Shown: in pieces, positions 29,064-38,368 of the stretch
Position numbering within the stretch: the stretch's first letter is position 1
Layout: each line of letters opens with the position of its first letter
Assembly: GCA_963806185.1 (NCBI GenBank)
Contig: CAWDXE010000004.1
Location: forward strand, 320,001-384,000
Reading direction: 5' to 3'
DNA length: 64,000 nt
Source of the DNA: an uncultured candidate division Zixibacteria bacterium
GTDB lineage: Bacteria; Zixibacteria; MSB-5A5; GN15; FEB-12
Notes under the pieces: model-generated
Told to the model about the DNA's origin: nothing
The model's input: only the letters and a program-made list of their open reading frames with translations
Databases searched by the model: none
Made by a program: the position numbers and the translations under genes

Positions 29064-29588
29064 ATGGAACAACTCAAGAAGTACATTCGCGAAATCCCGG
29101 ACCACCCGAAGCCGGGGATACTGTTTTACGACGTTACGACGCTCTTCCAGAATCCAGAGGGGCTTGAGTTGACGCTCGACGCCATGGAGCAATATGTGGC
29201 GTCGAAACGGGCCACCAAGATCGTCGGCATCGAAGCGCGCGGGTTTGTGCTCGGTGGCGCCCTTGCGGATCGTCTGCACCTGGGTTTCGTCCCGGCCCGC
29301 AAACGGGGGAAACTTCCGTACAAGACGATTGCGGAGTCTTATGCGCTGGAGTACGGCACCGATATCGTCGAGATTCACCAGGACGCTATTGTGGCAGGTG
29401 AACGGGTGGTTATCGTGGACGATTTGTTGGCGACCGGCGGCACGATGACCGCGGTTTGCCGGCTGGTGGAACGTCTTCAGGGGGAAGTGGTCGGTATCTC
29501 GACGGTGATCGGGTTGACCTTCTTGCCGTTCGCAGAAGCCCTATCGGGGTACGATGTTAGCTACCTGATTTCGTACGATTCCGAGTAG
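29064..29588 (+). CDS. apt: adenine phosphoribosyltransferase
   Basis: PKPGILFYD, GIEARGF, YALEYG, VVIVDDLLATGGT. Confidence 0.96.
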   Translation: MEQLKKYIREIPDHPKPGILFYDVTTLFQNPEGLELTLDAMEQYVASKRATKIVGIEARGFVLGGALADRLHLGFVPARKRGKLPYKTIAESYALEYGTDIVEIHQDAIVAGERVVIVDDLLATGGTMTAVCRLVERLQGEVVGISTVIGLTFLPFAEALSGYDVSYLISYDSE

Positions 29589-29640
29589 AATGCTTGCCTA
29601 AGTCCGACGCGCACGGTAGAATACAGGATAGTCTCAGATT

Positions 29641-29714
29641 GCCCCCGTAGCTCAGTTGGATAGAGCAGCAGTTTCCTAAACTGCGTGCCGCAGGTTCAAT
29701 TCCTGCCGGGGGTA
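29641..29714 (+). tRNA. tRNA-Arg(CCT), CCA not encoded
   Basis: Cloverleaf; anticodon arm GCAGT-TTCCTAA-ACTGC; GGTTCAATTCC. Confidence 0.93.
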
Positions 29715-29790
29715 TATTCTTGTCGGCGAGGGGGTCGCCAACTTATTTATCTAAAAGGGGATAGAGACGTCAATCGGGTGGGAAAAGCGG

Positions 29791-29819
29791 TTGACAGACA
29801 CGGTTGTCGCCACTATATT
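29791..29819 (+). promoter_or_regulatory. sigma70-type promoter for outer-membrane protein gene
   Basis: TTGACA-17 nt-TATATT. Confidence 0.65.
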
Positions 29820-29893
29820 TTTGCGTTTTGGGCGGGTAATCCGTCTTGATGAATAGGTATGTTACGGTTCTTCATCATAAGGAGTTGGGCAGG

Positions 29894-31281
29894 ATGAAAG
29901 GGTTGTTGGGCAAACTGGGGTTCGTCGTGCTATTTGTAGCGTCATCGGCCATGGCGCAAATTGAGCATCAATCGAATTCTTTTCAATATTCCTCAGACAT
30001 ATAACTACACGGGCGGGGGGGCGCGCGCTACCGGTATGGGTGGGGCGTTTCTGGGGATATCCGATGACGTTTCGGCGGTGACCTGGAATCCGGCCGGCCT
30101 GTATGGCGATAGAGAAGCCGACGCTGGGCCTCTCGTACAACGGTTTCTCGCCGCGCGGCGACTACAAGGCGCTGGGGCAGACGTTTAAGCAGGATCGGTC
30201 CTTCAGCAATTTGGCGATGGCCAGCTTTGCGTCGCCGATTCGTGTCAAAGGGCATCCGTTCGTTGCGTCGCTGAGCTACACGCAGAACTGGGATGAGTAT
30301 GACAACGGCGGATTCACGACAAACATCAGAATTGATCCGGACATTGCGGATAAGTTCGATACGGTCGACCAGTTCATCACTGTGCTGAGCGATTATTACA
30401 CGCACGTGAACACGGTGAACATAGGATTCGGAACGCAAATCAAACAAGATTTGCAGTTCGGTTTTGCCGCAAATGTCTACACAGGTGCCGGCCAAGGAAC
30501 CTACCATCTGAACGTGATCCGACCCGTCTGGCCCAATCCGCTTGATAACGGGATTCAGAGTGTTTCCGAACAGTACGACAGCACCAGGACCGACTCTGCT
30601 ACGTATTCCGGAATCAACTTTACCCTCGGGTTTAAGTTGGTGAAGCCGAAGTTCACGGCCGGCTTGATTGTGCGGACACCTTTCTCGCTCAAACAGATGG
30701 TCGATCAAACGGATGCGAGGCAGCTGACAATTCAGGGGCTGGTCTTTGACGATGCCACCCAGACGGCCTACCACGACAATTTGCTGACGAAGATCTCAAT
30801 GCCGCTGACGATTGGCGCCGGTGTCGGCTATAAGCTCAAGGAGAATCTTCTTGTGGGTCTGGACGCCGAAATCCGGTCGTTTAGTGACGCCAAGATCAAA
30901 GTGCGGGATTCGATCGTAATCATTCCGGGCGCCAAGGATGAGGAATACTACACGGAGTACACCACCGATTTCCGCAATGTCTTTACCGTTCGCGGCGGAG
31001 CCGAGTATCTGTGGAATACAAATACCAGTATCTTCCCGGTGGTACCGCTTCGGGTAGGCGCGGCGTATGTGCCGATTCCGGCCCCGAAATATGACGCCAG
31101 CGGTTCGGCGCAGACCGCCTCGGGGATGAACTTCTCGCTGGGCACGGGTGCGCAGTGGTCGCAGATAAAGCTGGATCTGGCCTACCAATATCAGACGTTG
31201 ACCCGGGAATACGCAAATTACGGGGCGAAACTGGAAGGCAAGAGCCATCGTTTCCAGTTAAGTTTCAGCGGCATTTTCTAG
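29894..31281 (+). CDS. FadL/OmpP1-like outer-membrane beta-barrel protein (2 apparent frameshifts near 5' end)
   Basis: Signal peptide MKGLLGKLGFVVLFVASSAMAQ; GARATGMGGAF..ISDD.SAV.WNPAGL; amphipathic strands; C-terminal F. Confidence 0.8.
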
Positions 31282-31341
31282 CCGGAGTGACCGGACTACA
31301 GAATACTCAGCACCCTCCGCGGCGCGACCTGGCCGACAGGC

Positions 31342-31368
31342 TAAGTGAACGGAGGGCGCTGCCGACAA
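31342..31368 (+). promoter_or_regulatory. candidate sigma-28-like promoter
   Basis: TAAG-15 nt-GCCGACAA vs consensus TAAA-N15-GCCGATAA. Confidence 0.4.
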
Positions 31369-31421
31369 GATGAGCAAGACCCACGATCCGTTGGGCGCCG
31401 ACGCGACAAGGAGAGAGATCG

Positions 31422-32108
31422 ATGCAGAGCAAAGTAAAACTGACCAAGCGACAGATTAAAGAAGACAAGTTTGCCACGTTCGTGCTTTCCTCCAAATCAA
31501 AGGTGATGGAGAATTGGCAGTTTTACGCGATAGGTGCGGCCGCGGTTGTGCTGATAATCGCTGTGGCCATTTACTGGGGCAGCTCACAGACCTCGACCAA
31601 GAGCGAAGCCGGCGGCAAGCTGGCGCAGGCACTTATCGACTACCGGACAGGGAACACGCAGGTCGCCATTCTGTCGCTCAATCAAATCGTCGACGATTAT
31701 TCCAGTGATGACGCTGCCGAGCAGGCGACTTTCCTGCTGGGGCGGCTCAACTACTCGCAGAAGAATTACGCCGAGGCCACGCGGTATTACACGAAGTATC
31801 TGGACACGTTCAAGGCCGACAAGTACCGCCGTGCCGGAGCCATTGGCGGCATAGCCGCCTGCCTGGAGAATCAAGGACAATACGCTGAGGCCGCCGCAAA
31901 ATTCTCGGAGGCGGTAACTGAGGACCCGGACGGAGCGATGGCGGGTGAACATTTGTTGGGCGCAATGCGCAATTATCTCGCGGCTGGAGATGTTACCAAT
32001 GCCAAGACTCGTCTGGATACGCTGGACGCGAAACTCAAGGGAACCGACCTGGCGTTGCGTGCCGACCGCTTGTTTGCGGAGAAAGCTCCTGCGCAGGCCG
32101 GCAGCTAA
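31422..32108 (+). CDS. membrane-anchored TPR protein (YfgM-like)
   Basis: Basic N-terminus, single TM helix, TPR-like helices (AEQATFLLGRLNY.QKNYAEA). Confidence 0.8.
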   Translation: MQSKVKLTKRQIKEDKFATFVLSSKSKVMENWQFYAIGAAAVVLIIAVAIYWGSSQTSTKSEAGGKLAQALIDYRTGNTQVAILSLNQIVDDYSSDDAAEQATFLLGRLNYSQKNYAEATRYYTKYLDTFKADKYRRAGAIGGIAACLENQGQYAEAAAKFSEAVTEDPDGAMAGEHLLGAMRNYLAAGDVTNAKTRLDTLDAKLKGTDLALRADRLFAEKAPAQAGS

Positions 32109-32111
32109 GCA

Positions 32112-34247
32112 TTGGCCACTGAAAAGCCGATTCGCATTGCCATACTCTGGCACATGCATCAGCCCAACTATCGCGAGCCGAACTCCCGTCGGCTGGCGAT
32201 GCCATGGGTACGACTCCATGCTATAAAAGACTATCTCGACATGCCGCTGTTGGCGGAGCGGTATGAGAAGGTCAAAGTTACCTTCAACCTTGTTCCGTCA
32301 CTGCTGGATCAGCTCGATCTCTATCTCGACGGGGGCAGTGACCGTCATCTGGAACTGACCCGGCTCAGGGCCGACGATCTCGACGTAGCCGCCAAACTCG
32401 AAATTATCGGTAGTTTCTTCACGGCGAACCCGGCACAGATGATCGGGCCGCACCCCCGGTACAAAGAACTGTACGATAAGGCGCGTCAGAACACCATCCA
32501 TGGCACGAATCTGGCGGCGCTGTATTCATCATCAGAAATCCGCGACCTTCAGGTTTGGTCCAATCTCGCCTGGGTTGACCCGGAATTCCGTCGTGAGCCG
32601 GTCATCAAGGGGTTATTTGCGAAAGGGCGGCACTTCACCGAGGAGGACAAGCAGGCGCTGCTCGACTGGCAGCTCAAGTTAATCTCGCGCATCGTGCCGA
32701 CCTATCGCCGGCTAGCTGACGAAGGGCGCATTGAAGTTTCATTTACGCCCTATTATCACCCCATTCTGCCCCTGCTTTGCGACACCAGTGCCGCTCTGGA
32801 GGCGCTTCCCAGCATGCGCTTACCCAACACCCGGTTTGTCCATCCGGAAGATGCCGAGAAGCAGATTCAGATGTCGATGGAGAAATACGAGCGCATCTTC
32901 GGCCGTCGAATGGTGGGGATGTGGCCGTCGGAGGGGTCAGTCAGCGAAGCGGCACTGAATATTGCCCTGCGGCTCGGAATCCAGTGGGTGGCGACTGATG
33001 AGGAAATACTCACGCAGTCACTGGCGAAATCCGGGCTGGAGCGCTCGTCGAATCCGCTCCACACCGTCTACGAGTACGGGCCGGGGCTGAAGATGTTCTT
33101 CCGGGATCACGGTCTTTCCGATCGGATTGGCTTTGTCTATTCCAGTTGGCCGGCGGAACGTTCGGTGGCCGACTTCGTGGAGCACCTTTGTAGTCTCCGG
33201 GAATATCTCTATCCCATGATTGACAAAGTCGTCGTGCCGATCATTCTCGACGGGGAAAACGCCTGGGAGTACTTCCCGGATGACGGCAATGAATTCCTGG
33301 ATAAGTTGTATCGGAGTCTTAACGACGATCCGCGCATCCAATTGGTGACGATGAGTGAGGCTGCGGCGATGACGCCGGCTCGTCCGTTGCCGTCGGTGTA
33401 CGCCGGGTCGTGGATCAATCACAACTTCAAAATCTGGATCGGCCATTCCGAAGACAACCAGGCCTGGGACCTGTTGAGCCGTGCTCGCCAGGTGCTGGTT
33501 GAGTTCGAGCAGACGCATCCCGGGTATTCACCCGAACGGCTGAAGGTGGCCTGGGACCAGATTTATGTCGCCGAGGGGTCTGACTGGAACTGGTGGTTTG
33601 GCGAAGAGCATCGGGGTGGATCAAACGAAGAGTTCGACAAGATTTTCCGCCGCCACTTGGCGGCCGTGTACGAAATGCTCGGACTCGAGATTCCGTTCGA
33701 GTTACTTCGACCCATTTACGGCGGCAGCATTGAATCGTTTACCATTCTTCCGGTGGACATGGTGACGGCGGAAATCGACGGTCGGCTGTCGCACTTTTAT
33801 GAGTGGACGGGCGCAGGTTATTATGACTGCCTCAAAGCGGGCGGGGCGATGCATCGGGTCGAGCGATATCTGTCAGGAATCTACTTCGGCTACGATCACG
33901 AGCGGGTCTATCTGCGCGTCGATGTCCAAAGCCAACGCGGCCTGGCCGGGTTGGCCCGGCCGAAAATCGATATCAAAATGGCAACTCCGCAGCCGCTGGT
34001 AATCAGCGCCGACCTAAGTCAGCGGGGAACGTCGGCACAACTGCCCCAGAAATACACGCTTGCATTTGACGAGTTGCTGGAGTTGGCGGTTGAGCGGTCG
34101 TACATATGGCCGGAGGGTTTCGGGCCGCTGACCATCGCGGTCTCCCTGATGGACGGCGAGAAGAAAATGGAATCCTGGCCGGAGGATGCGCCGATCATCT
34201 TGCAGGTGCCCGAGCGGCACAAAGAGCTCTTCTGGCCGTCCTGGTAG
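32112..34247 (+). CDS. glycoside hydrolase family 57 (amylopullulanase-like)
   Basis: WHMHQP.Y, TPYYHPILPL, GMWPSEG, ILDGENAWE, AEGSDW.WW. Confidence 0.93.
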   Translation: MATEKPIRIAILWHMHQPNYREPNSRRLAMPWVRLHAIKDYLDMPLLAERYEKVKVTFNLVPSLLDQLDLYLDGGSDRHLELTRLRADDLDVAAKLEIIGSFFTANPAQMIGPHPRYKELYDKARQNTIHGTNLAALYSSSEIRDLQVWSNLAWVDPEFRREPVIKGLFAKGRHFTEEDKQALLDWQLKLISRIVPTYRRLADEGRIEVSFTPYYHPILPLLCDTSAALEALPSMRLPNTRFVHPEDAEKQIQMSMEKYERIFGRRMVGMWPSEGSVSEAALNIALRLGIQWVATDEEILTQSLAKSGLERSSNPLHTVYEYGPGLKMFFRDHGLSDRIGFVYSSWPAERSVADFVEHLCSLREYLYPMIDKVVVPIILDGENAWEYFPDDGNEFLDKLYRSLNDDPRIQLVTMSEAAAMTPARPLPSVYAGSWINHNFKIWIGHSEDNQAWDLLSRARQVLVEFEQTHPGYSPERLKVAWDQIYVAEGSDWNWWFGEEHRGGSNEEFDKIFRRHLAAVYEMLGLEIPFELLRPIYGGSIESFTILPVDMVTAEIDGRLSHFYEWTGAGYYDCLKAGGAMHRVERYLSGIYFGYDHERVYLRVDVQSQRGLAGLARPKIDIKMATPQPLVISADLSQRGTSAQLPQKYTLAFDELLELAVERSYIWPEGFGPLTIAVSLMDGEKKMESWPEDAPIILQVPERHKELFWPSW

Positions 34248-34268
34248 CAGGAAAGGACTGGTGCACAT

Positions 34269-34682
34269 ATGGCGGAATCGTTTTTTCATGATCACGGCAC
34301 GGAAGCGCCGGTAGACGCTGACGCCGCCGGAAACCAGCCGGAACAACAAGCGGCAAAAGAGGGAGCCCGGCCTGAAGCATCGACCGAAGAAGACGCCAAG
34401 ATTGCTGCAATCATGGCCTATGTTCCGTTTCTCTGCTTCATTCCATTGCTCAACATGCGGGAGAATAAGGAAGCACAGTTCCACGCCCGACAAGGCGTGA
34501 TCCTGTTCTTATTGGAACTGCTGGCCGGACTGCTGCTTATTGACGGTATTGCGGATTTTGTGTTCAAGGCGGTGCTCGTGGCGGCAGTAGCGCTCTCGAT
34601 AGCTGGCGTCTATTTTGCGCTGCAAGGGAAGAAACTTCGTCTGCCGGTGATCAGTGACCTGGCGGACAAAACAAAGTTGTAA
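34269..34682 (+). CDS. small membrane protein (DUF4870-like)
   Basis: AYVPFLCFIPLL, FHARQG, RLPVI pattern. Confidence 0.7.
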   Translation: MAESFFHDHGTEAPVDADAAGNQPEQQAAKEGARPEASTEEDAKIAAIMAYVPFLCFIPLLNMRENKEAQFHARQGVILFLLELLAGLLLIDGIADFVFKAVLVAAVALSIAGVYFALQGKKLRLPVISDLADKTKL

Positions 34683-34690
34683 GGAAACGT

Positions 34691-35506
34691 ATGAGACGAA
34701 TATTCGTGCTTTGTCTAGTTTGTCTGGTGGTATGGTCGTGTGCCACCACCGGGCCGGGGGGGAAGCAATCGTTTATTCTTATTCCCACGGGACAGGAAGT
34801 CGAGATCGGCAGGGGGATGGCAGCCGAAATCGACAAGACCGAGAAGAAATTGGCCGACTCATCGTGGCAGAAATATCTGGCTGAAGTGGGACAGAAAGTG
34901 GTGGCGGTTTCCGACCGGAAGGATTTGCAGTATTCGTTTACGGTCATCGAGTCGGACCAGGTGAATGCCTTTGCGGGGCCGGGCGGGTTTGTTTATTTCT
35001 ATACCGGTCTGCTCCGCGAGATGCAGTCTGAAGGGGAATTGGCGGCAGTATTGGCGCATGAGATTTCCCATGTTGTCGGGCGGCACAGCGTGAAGCAGAT
35101 TCAGACGGCCATGGGGGCCGGCCTGGCGTATCAGCTGGTATTCGGTGACAGCGATAAGAAGGCGCTCTCCACGGCTGTGGCGATCGGGTTGAATCTGGCG
35201 ATGTCGGGGTATTCTCGCGACGCGGAGCGTGAGGCGGACAGGTTCGGCGTCGAGTACATGGTGAAAGCGGGGTATGACCCGCAGGGAATGACGGCGATGT
35301 TTAATACGCTCGCTCGTTTAGGTGGTGGATCGGGCGGCAGCGATATTTTTGAGAGTCTGTCCAGTACCCATCCGGACACGCAAGAGCGGATTGCGAATAC
35401 CAAAGCGCAGATTGCCAATATGGGGACTCTGCCGGCGGGACTCAAGGTGAATAAGGATCGCTATCAGCAGATGGTCAAGCGCCTGCCTCCGGCGGCGAGA
35501 AAGTAA
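34691..35506 (+). CDS. M48-family zinc metallopeptidase, lipoprotein
   Basis: Lipobox VWSC, VNAFA.PGG, LAHEISHV, YSRDAEREADR, STHP. Confidence 0.93.
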   Translation: MRRIFVLCLVCLVVWSCATTGPGGKQSFILIPTGQEVEIGRGMAAEIDKTEKKLADSSWQKYLAEVGQKVVAVSDRKDLQYSFTVIESDQVNAFAGPGGFVYFYTGLLREMQSEGELAAVLAHEISHVVGRHSVKQIQTAMGAGLAYQLVFGDSDKKALSTAVAIGLNLAMSGYSRDAEREADRFGVEYMVKAGYDPQGMTAMFNTLARLGGGSGGSDIFESLSSTHPDTQERIANTKAQIANMGTLPAGLKVNKDRYQQMVKRLPPAARK

Positions 35507-35507
35507 G

Positions 35508-35530
35508 GTCAGGCTCCCTGTGAGCCTGAC
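35508..35530. repeat. REP-like hairpin
   Basis: GTCAGGCTC-CCTGT-GAGCCTGAC perfect 9-bp stem just after stop codon. Confidence 0.7.
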
Positions 35531-35551
35531 GTAGGGCCTGCCAACTGTGGC

Positions 35552-35578
35552 TCATGCTTCGACTCCGCTCAGCATGAC
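35552..35578. repeat. REP-like hairpin of GTCATGCTGAGC type
   Basis: TCATGCT-TCGACTCCGCTC-AGCATGA (reverse strand GTCATGCTGAGCGGAGTCGAAGCATGA). Confidence 0.6.
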
Positions 35579-35594
35579 GCTTCGCGACGAGTGA

Positions 35595-35969
35595 TTATTC
35601 CTCACCATCAGTTTCCTCGTCATCCGCACCCTCCAGCTCGACATACCAACCTTCGTATTCGACCCCCGTGCGGGCGGCGATATCGAGGCAGAGATCGGAC
35701 ATGGCGTTGAGGGCGGACAGAGCGGGGACGAAGGTGCGAGTGGCGTCGACGGTGAATTGATTGTCTTCGTCGCCATCCGGATCGTCGGTGAGATAAGCTT
35801 CTTCGAACCCGGATTCAAGGAGGAGGTCGGCGAGGGCCTCGGCTTGATGTTGCGAGTCGGTGCTGAAGGCACAGAAGATTTCCACCGGCTCGCTGATATT
35901 GACGCCTTCGTTCACGAGCTCGGCGAGCATCTTTTCGTTTTCGGCGTAGTGCCAGGCGGAGAGTTTCAT
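35595..35969 (-). CDS. RraB-like protein (RNase E regulator family)
   Basis: Acidic ~124 aa; N.KML.ELV..G.N.S.P..I, A...GVEYEGW motif, acidic tail. Confidence 0.7.
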   Translation of the reverse strand: MKLSAWHYAENEKMLAELVNEGVNISEPVEIFCAFSTDSQHQAEALADLLLESGFEEAYLTDDPDGDEDNQFTVDATRTFVPALSALNAMSDLCLDIAARTGVEYEGWYVELEGADDEETDGEE

Positions 35970-36053
35970 AGGGGGGAATCCAAACCTCACCTCGAGCGGG
36001 GTTGAGCTACCGTGACGCGCAGCAAAGCAGTGGCACAATAATTCAACCCCATC

Positions 36054-36076
36054 GTCAGGGGCACGAGGCCCCTGAC
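36054..36076. repeat. REP-like hairpin
   Basis: GTCAGGGGC-ACGAG-GCCCCTGAC perfect 9-bp stem abutting stop codon of S9 peptidase. Confidence 0.7.
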
Positions 36077-38099
36077 CTATTTCTTCAAATACTTATCCAT
36101 CCACTTGAGAATCCAGTTGAGGCGGGCGCGGCGACGGTCGGGGCGGCCGTGGCGAGAGAGGCCGTGCGGTTCCTCCGGGAAACGGACGAACTCAACCGTC
36201 TTGCCCAACAGCTTCAGTTTCGCAAACATCTGCTCGGCCTGCTCGATGCCACAGCGCAAATCCTGTTCGTTGTGCAGAATCAACACCGGCGTGCGGACCT
36301 TGTCCATGTGATAGATCGGCGAGCACTTGATGTAATTCGCCATGTTGGTCCAGGGGAAGCCGTTGAACTCACGATCGAGCGAATAGCCGAAATCGGATGA
36401 ACCCACAAACGACACCAGATCGACCACCGAGCGCTGGGTGACCGCCGCCCGGAAGCGATGGGTGTGAGCAATCACCCAGTTGGTCATATAGCCGCCGTAC
36501 GATCCGCCGGTAATGCCCATTCGTTTCTTGTCATTATACCGCTGCTTCTCGAGCCAGTCGGTGGCCGCCATGCAATCTTTGTAGTCGAGATCACCCCAGC
36601 CGCCGGAGATGGCATCAGCCCAGGTTTCGCCCCTACCCGCGCCGCCGCGCGGGTTGGTGTAGAGCACGACATAGCCGGTGGCCGCCAGAAACTGCATTTC
36701 ATGGAAAAACGTATTGGCGTATTGGACACGCGGGCCGCCGTGAACCTCGAGAATCGACGGATACTTCTTGTTCGGGTTGAAATCGGGCGGGGTCAGACAG
36801 CCAGCCGGTAACCTCGGTGCCGTCAAACGATTTGATCGAGACGACTTTGGTCCTGCCCAGTTTGACCTCGGAGCGGAGGAACGGGTTCAGGTCAGTGAGG
36901 ACCTTTGTCTTTTTCTCGCCGCCATACTGCGAGGGGAAAGCCATAACATCGCCCGGGTTGGTCAGGTCGGCGTAGATGATGGCGGCGGTGTTGCCACGGC
37001 CGTTCATCGAGAGTCCTCGAACGTGACAATCGCCCTTGAAAATGCGGGTCGGCTTGCCGCCGCCGCGCGGGACGTAGTACAGATTAGTGCTGCCGTCGTC
37101 GGACGATAAAAAGAACAGCCGCCGGCTATCGCCCGACCAGAAGAGGGTGGCCGACTCGTGGACATCCGAAGTGTCGGTGATGGACTGATCTTGAGCCATC
37201 CGGTCAAAGTTGCGGAGGAGGTTTTTGGCCGAGCCCTTGCTGCCGAGATTAACGAGCCAGACGTGGCGATTGCGCACGCCCCACGGATCGTTGGGATCGT
37301 CGTGACCGATATAGGCGATGTACTTGCCGTCGGGCGAGAATTTCGGCGTCGCAATCGGGCCATACGGTGTCGGAATCAGTTTCTCCTTGCCGCCGGCGAA
37401 CGGAATCATGAAAAGGTCATCATAGAGCGCATCCATATCAGGATCGCGGCGGCGATTCGAAATGTAGCAAACCCATTTGCCGTCGGGAGAGAGCGCGGGG
37501 GAGTGATTGTCGCGGTTGCCTGAGGTCAGTTTTCGCAGTTTGGCGCTCTCGAGATCCAACGCGTAGACCTGAAAGGTATCTTTGGGGAGGAAGCCGAGGC
37601 CGTCGAGGCGGTACCAGAGCCGGGTAATGTGGCGGTAGACGGGCGGCTCTTTCTTCTTCTTCTCATCTTCAATGAAGTGCGAGTCGTTGTACCGGAGGCC
37701 GAAGACGAGCTGTTTGCCGTCCGGATGCCAAAGGAGGTCGCCGATGGCGGCGTCAAGTTCGATGATCTTGCGTTCCGAGCCGCCTTCGACGGGCATGACG
37801 TAGAGGGCGGTTTTCTTGTCGCGCACGGAAACGAACGCCAGTTGGCGGCCGTCAGGCGACCAGGCCGGTCGCTGATCGTTCTGATCGCCGAAGGTGAATT
37901 GACGGGGGATACCGGAGCGCAAATCGCAAAGGTAGATGTTTTGAAAGTAGCTGTTTTCCTTTTCGTCCATGCGCTCGACCGTGTAGGCGACCCTGGACTC
38001 GTCCGGAGAGAGGGCCAGGCCGGTGACAATGCGCAGATTGAACAAGTCGGCGTCGGTGATTTTGCGCCGTTTGGAGATTCGTCGAGTATGGGTAGCCAT
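36077..38099 (-). CDS. S9-family (prolyl oligopeptidase/acylaminoacyl) peptidase (1 frameshift)
   Basis: WSPDG propeller repeats; VHGGP, GGSYGG nucleophile, D.RC, EPHG. Confidence 0.93.
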
Positions 38100-38368
38100 G
38101 GGAACGATCCTTCCTGGTAGCTAACTTGTTGATCCACAAGGATAATACAAAGCGGGATGGAGGGCCACAAGTTAAATTGGGACTGTCCGATAATGTGGAG
38201 TGAATAGAGCCGAGTAAGCTTTGATGGAATTGAAAATTGCTTTTGCAATTTTGGACAAAACGTCTAAATTAGCGGGAGCATAATGCGCCGTATACTGTTA
38301 TATCTCAGCAGTACTGAAGAAGATATGAAGTTGGCACCTCGGGAAGGTGACGTCAAGGAGGTTTTCAG

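Noticed and set aside
26382..29714. tRNA genes as integration sites for a genomic island
   Set aside because: No integrase, no duplicated tRNA 3' end seen, and flanking genes are housekeeping
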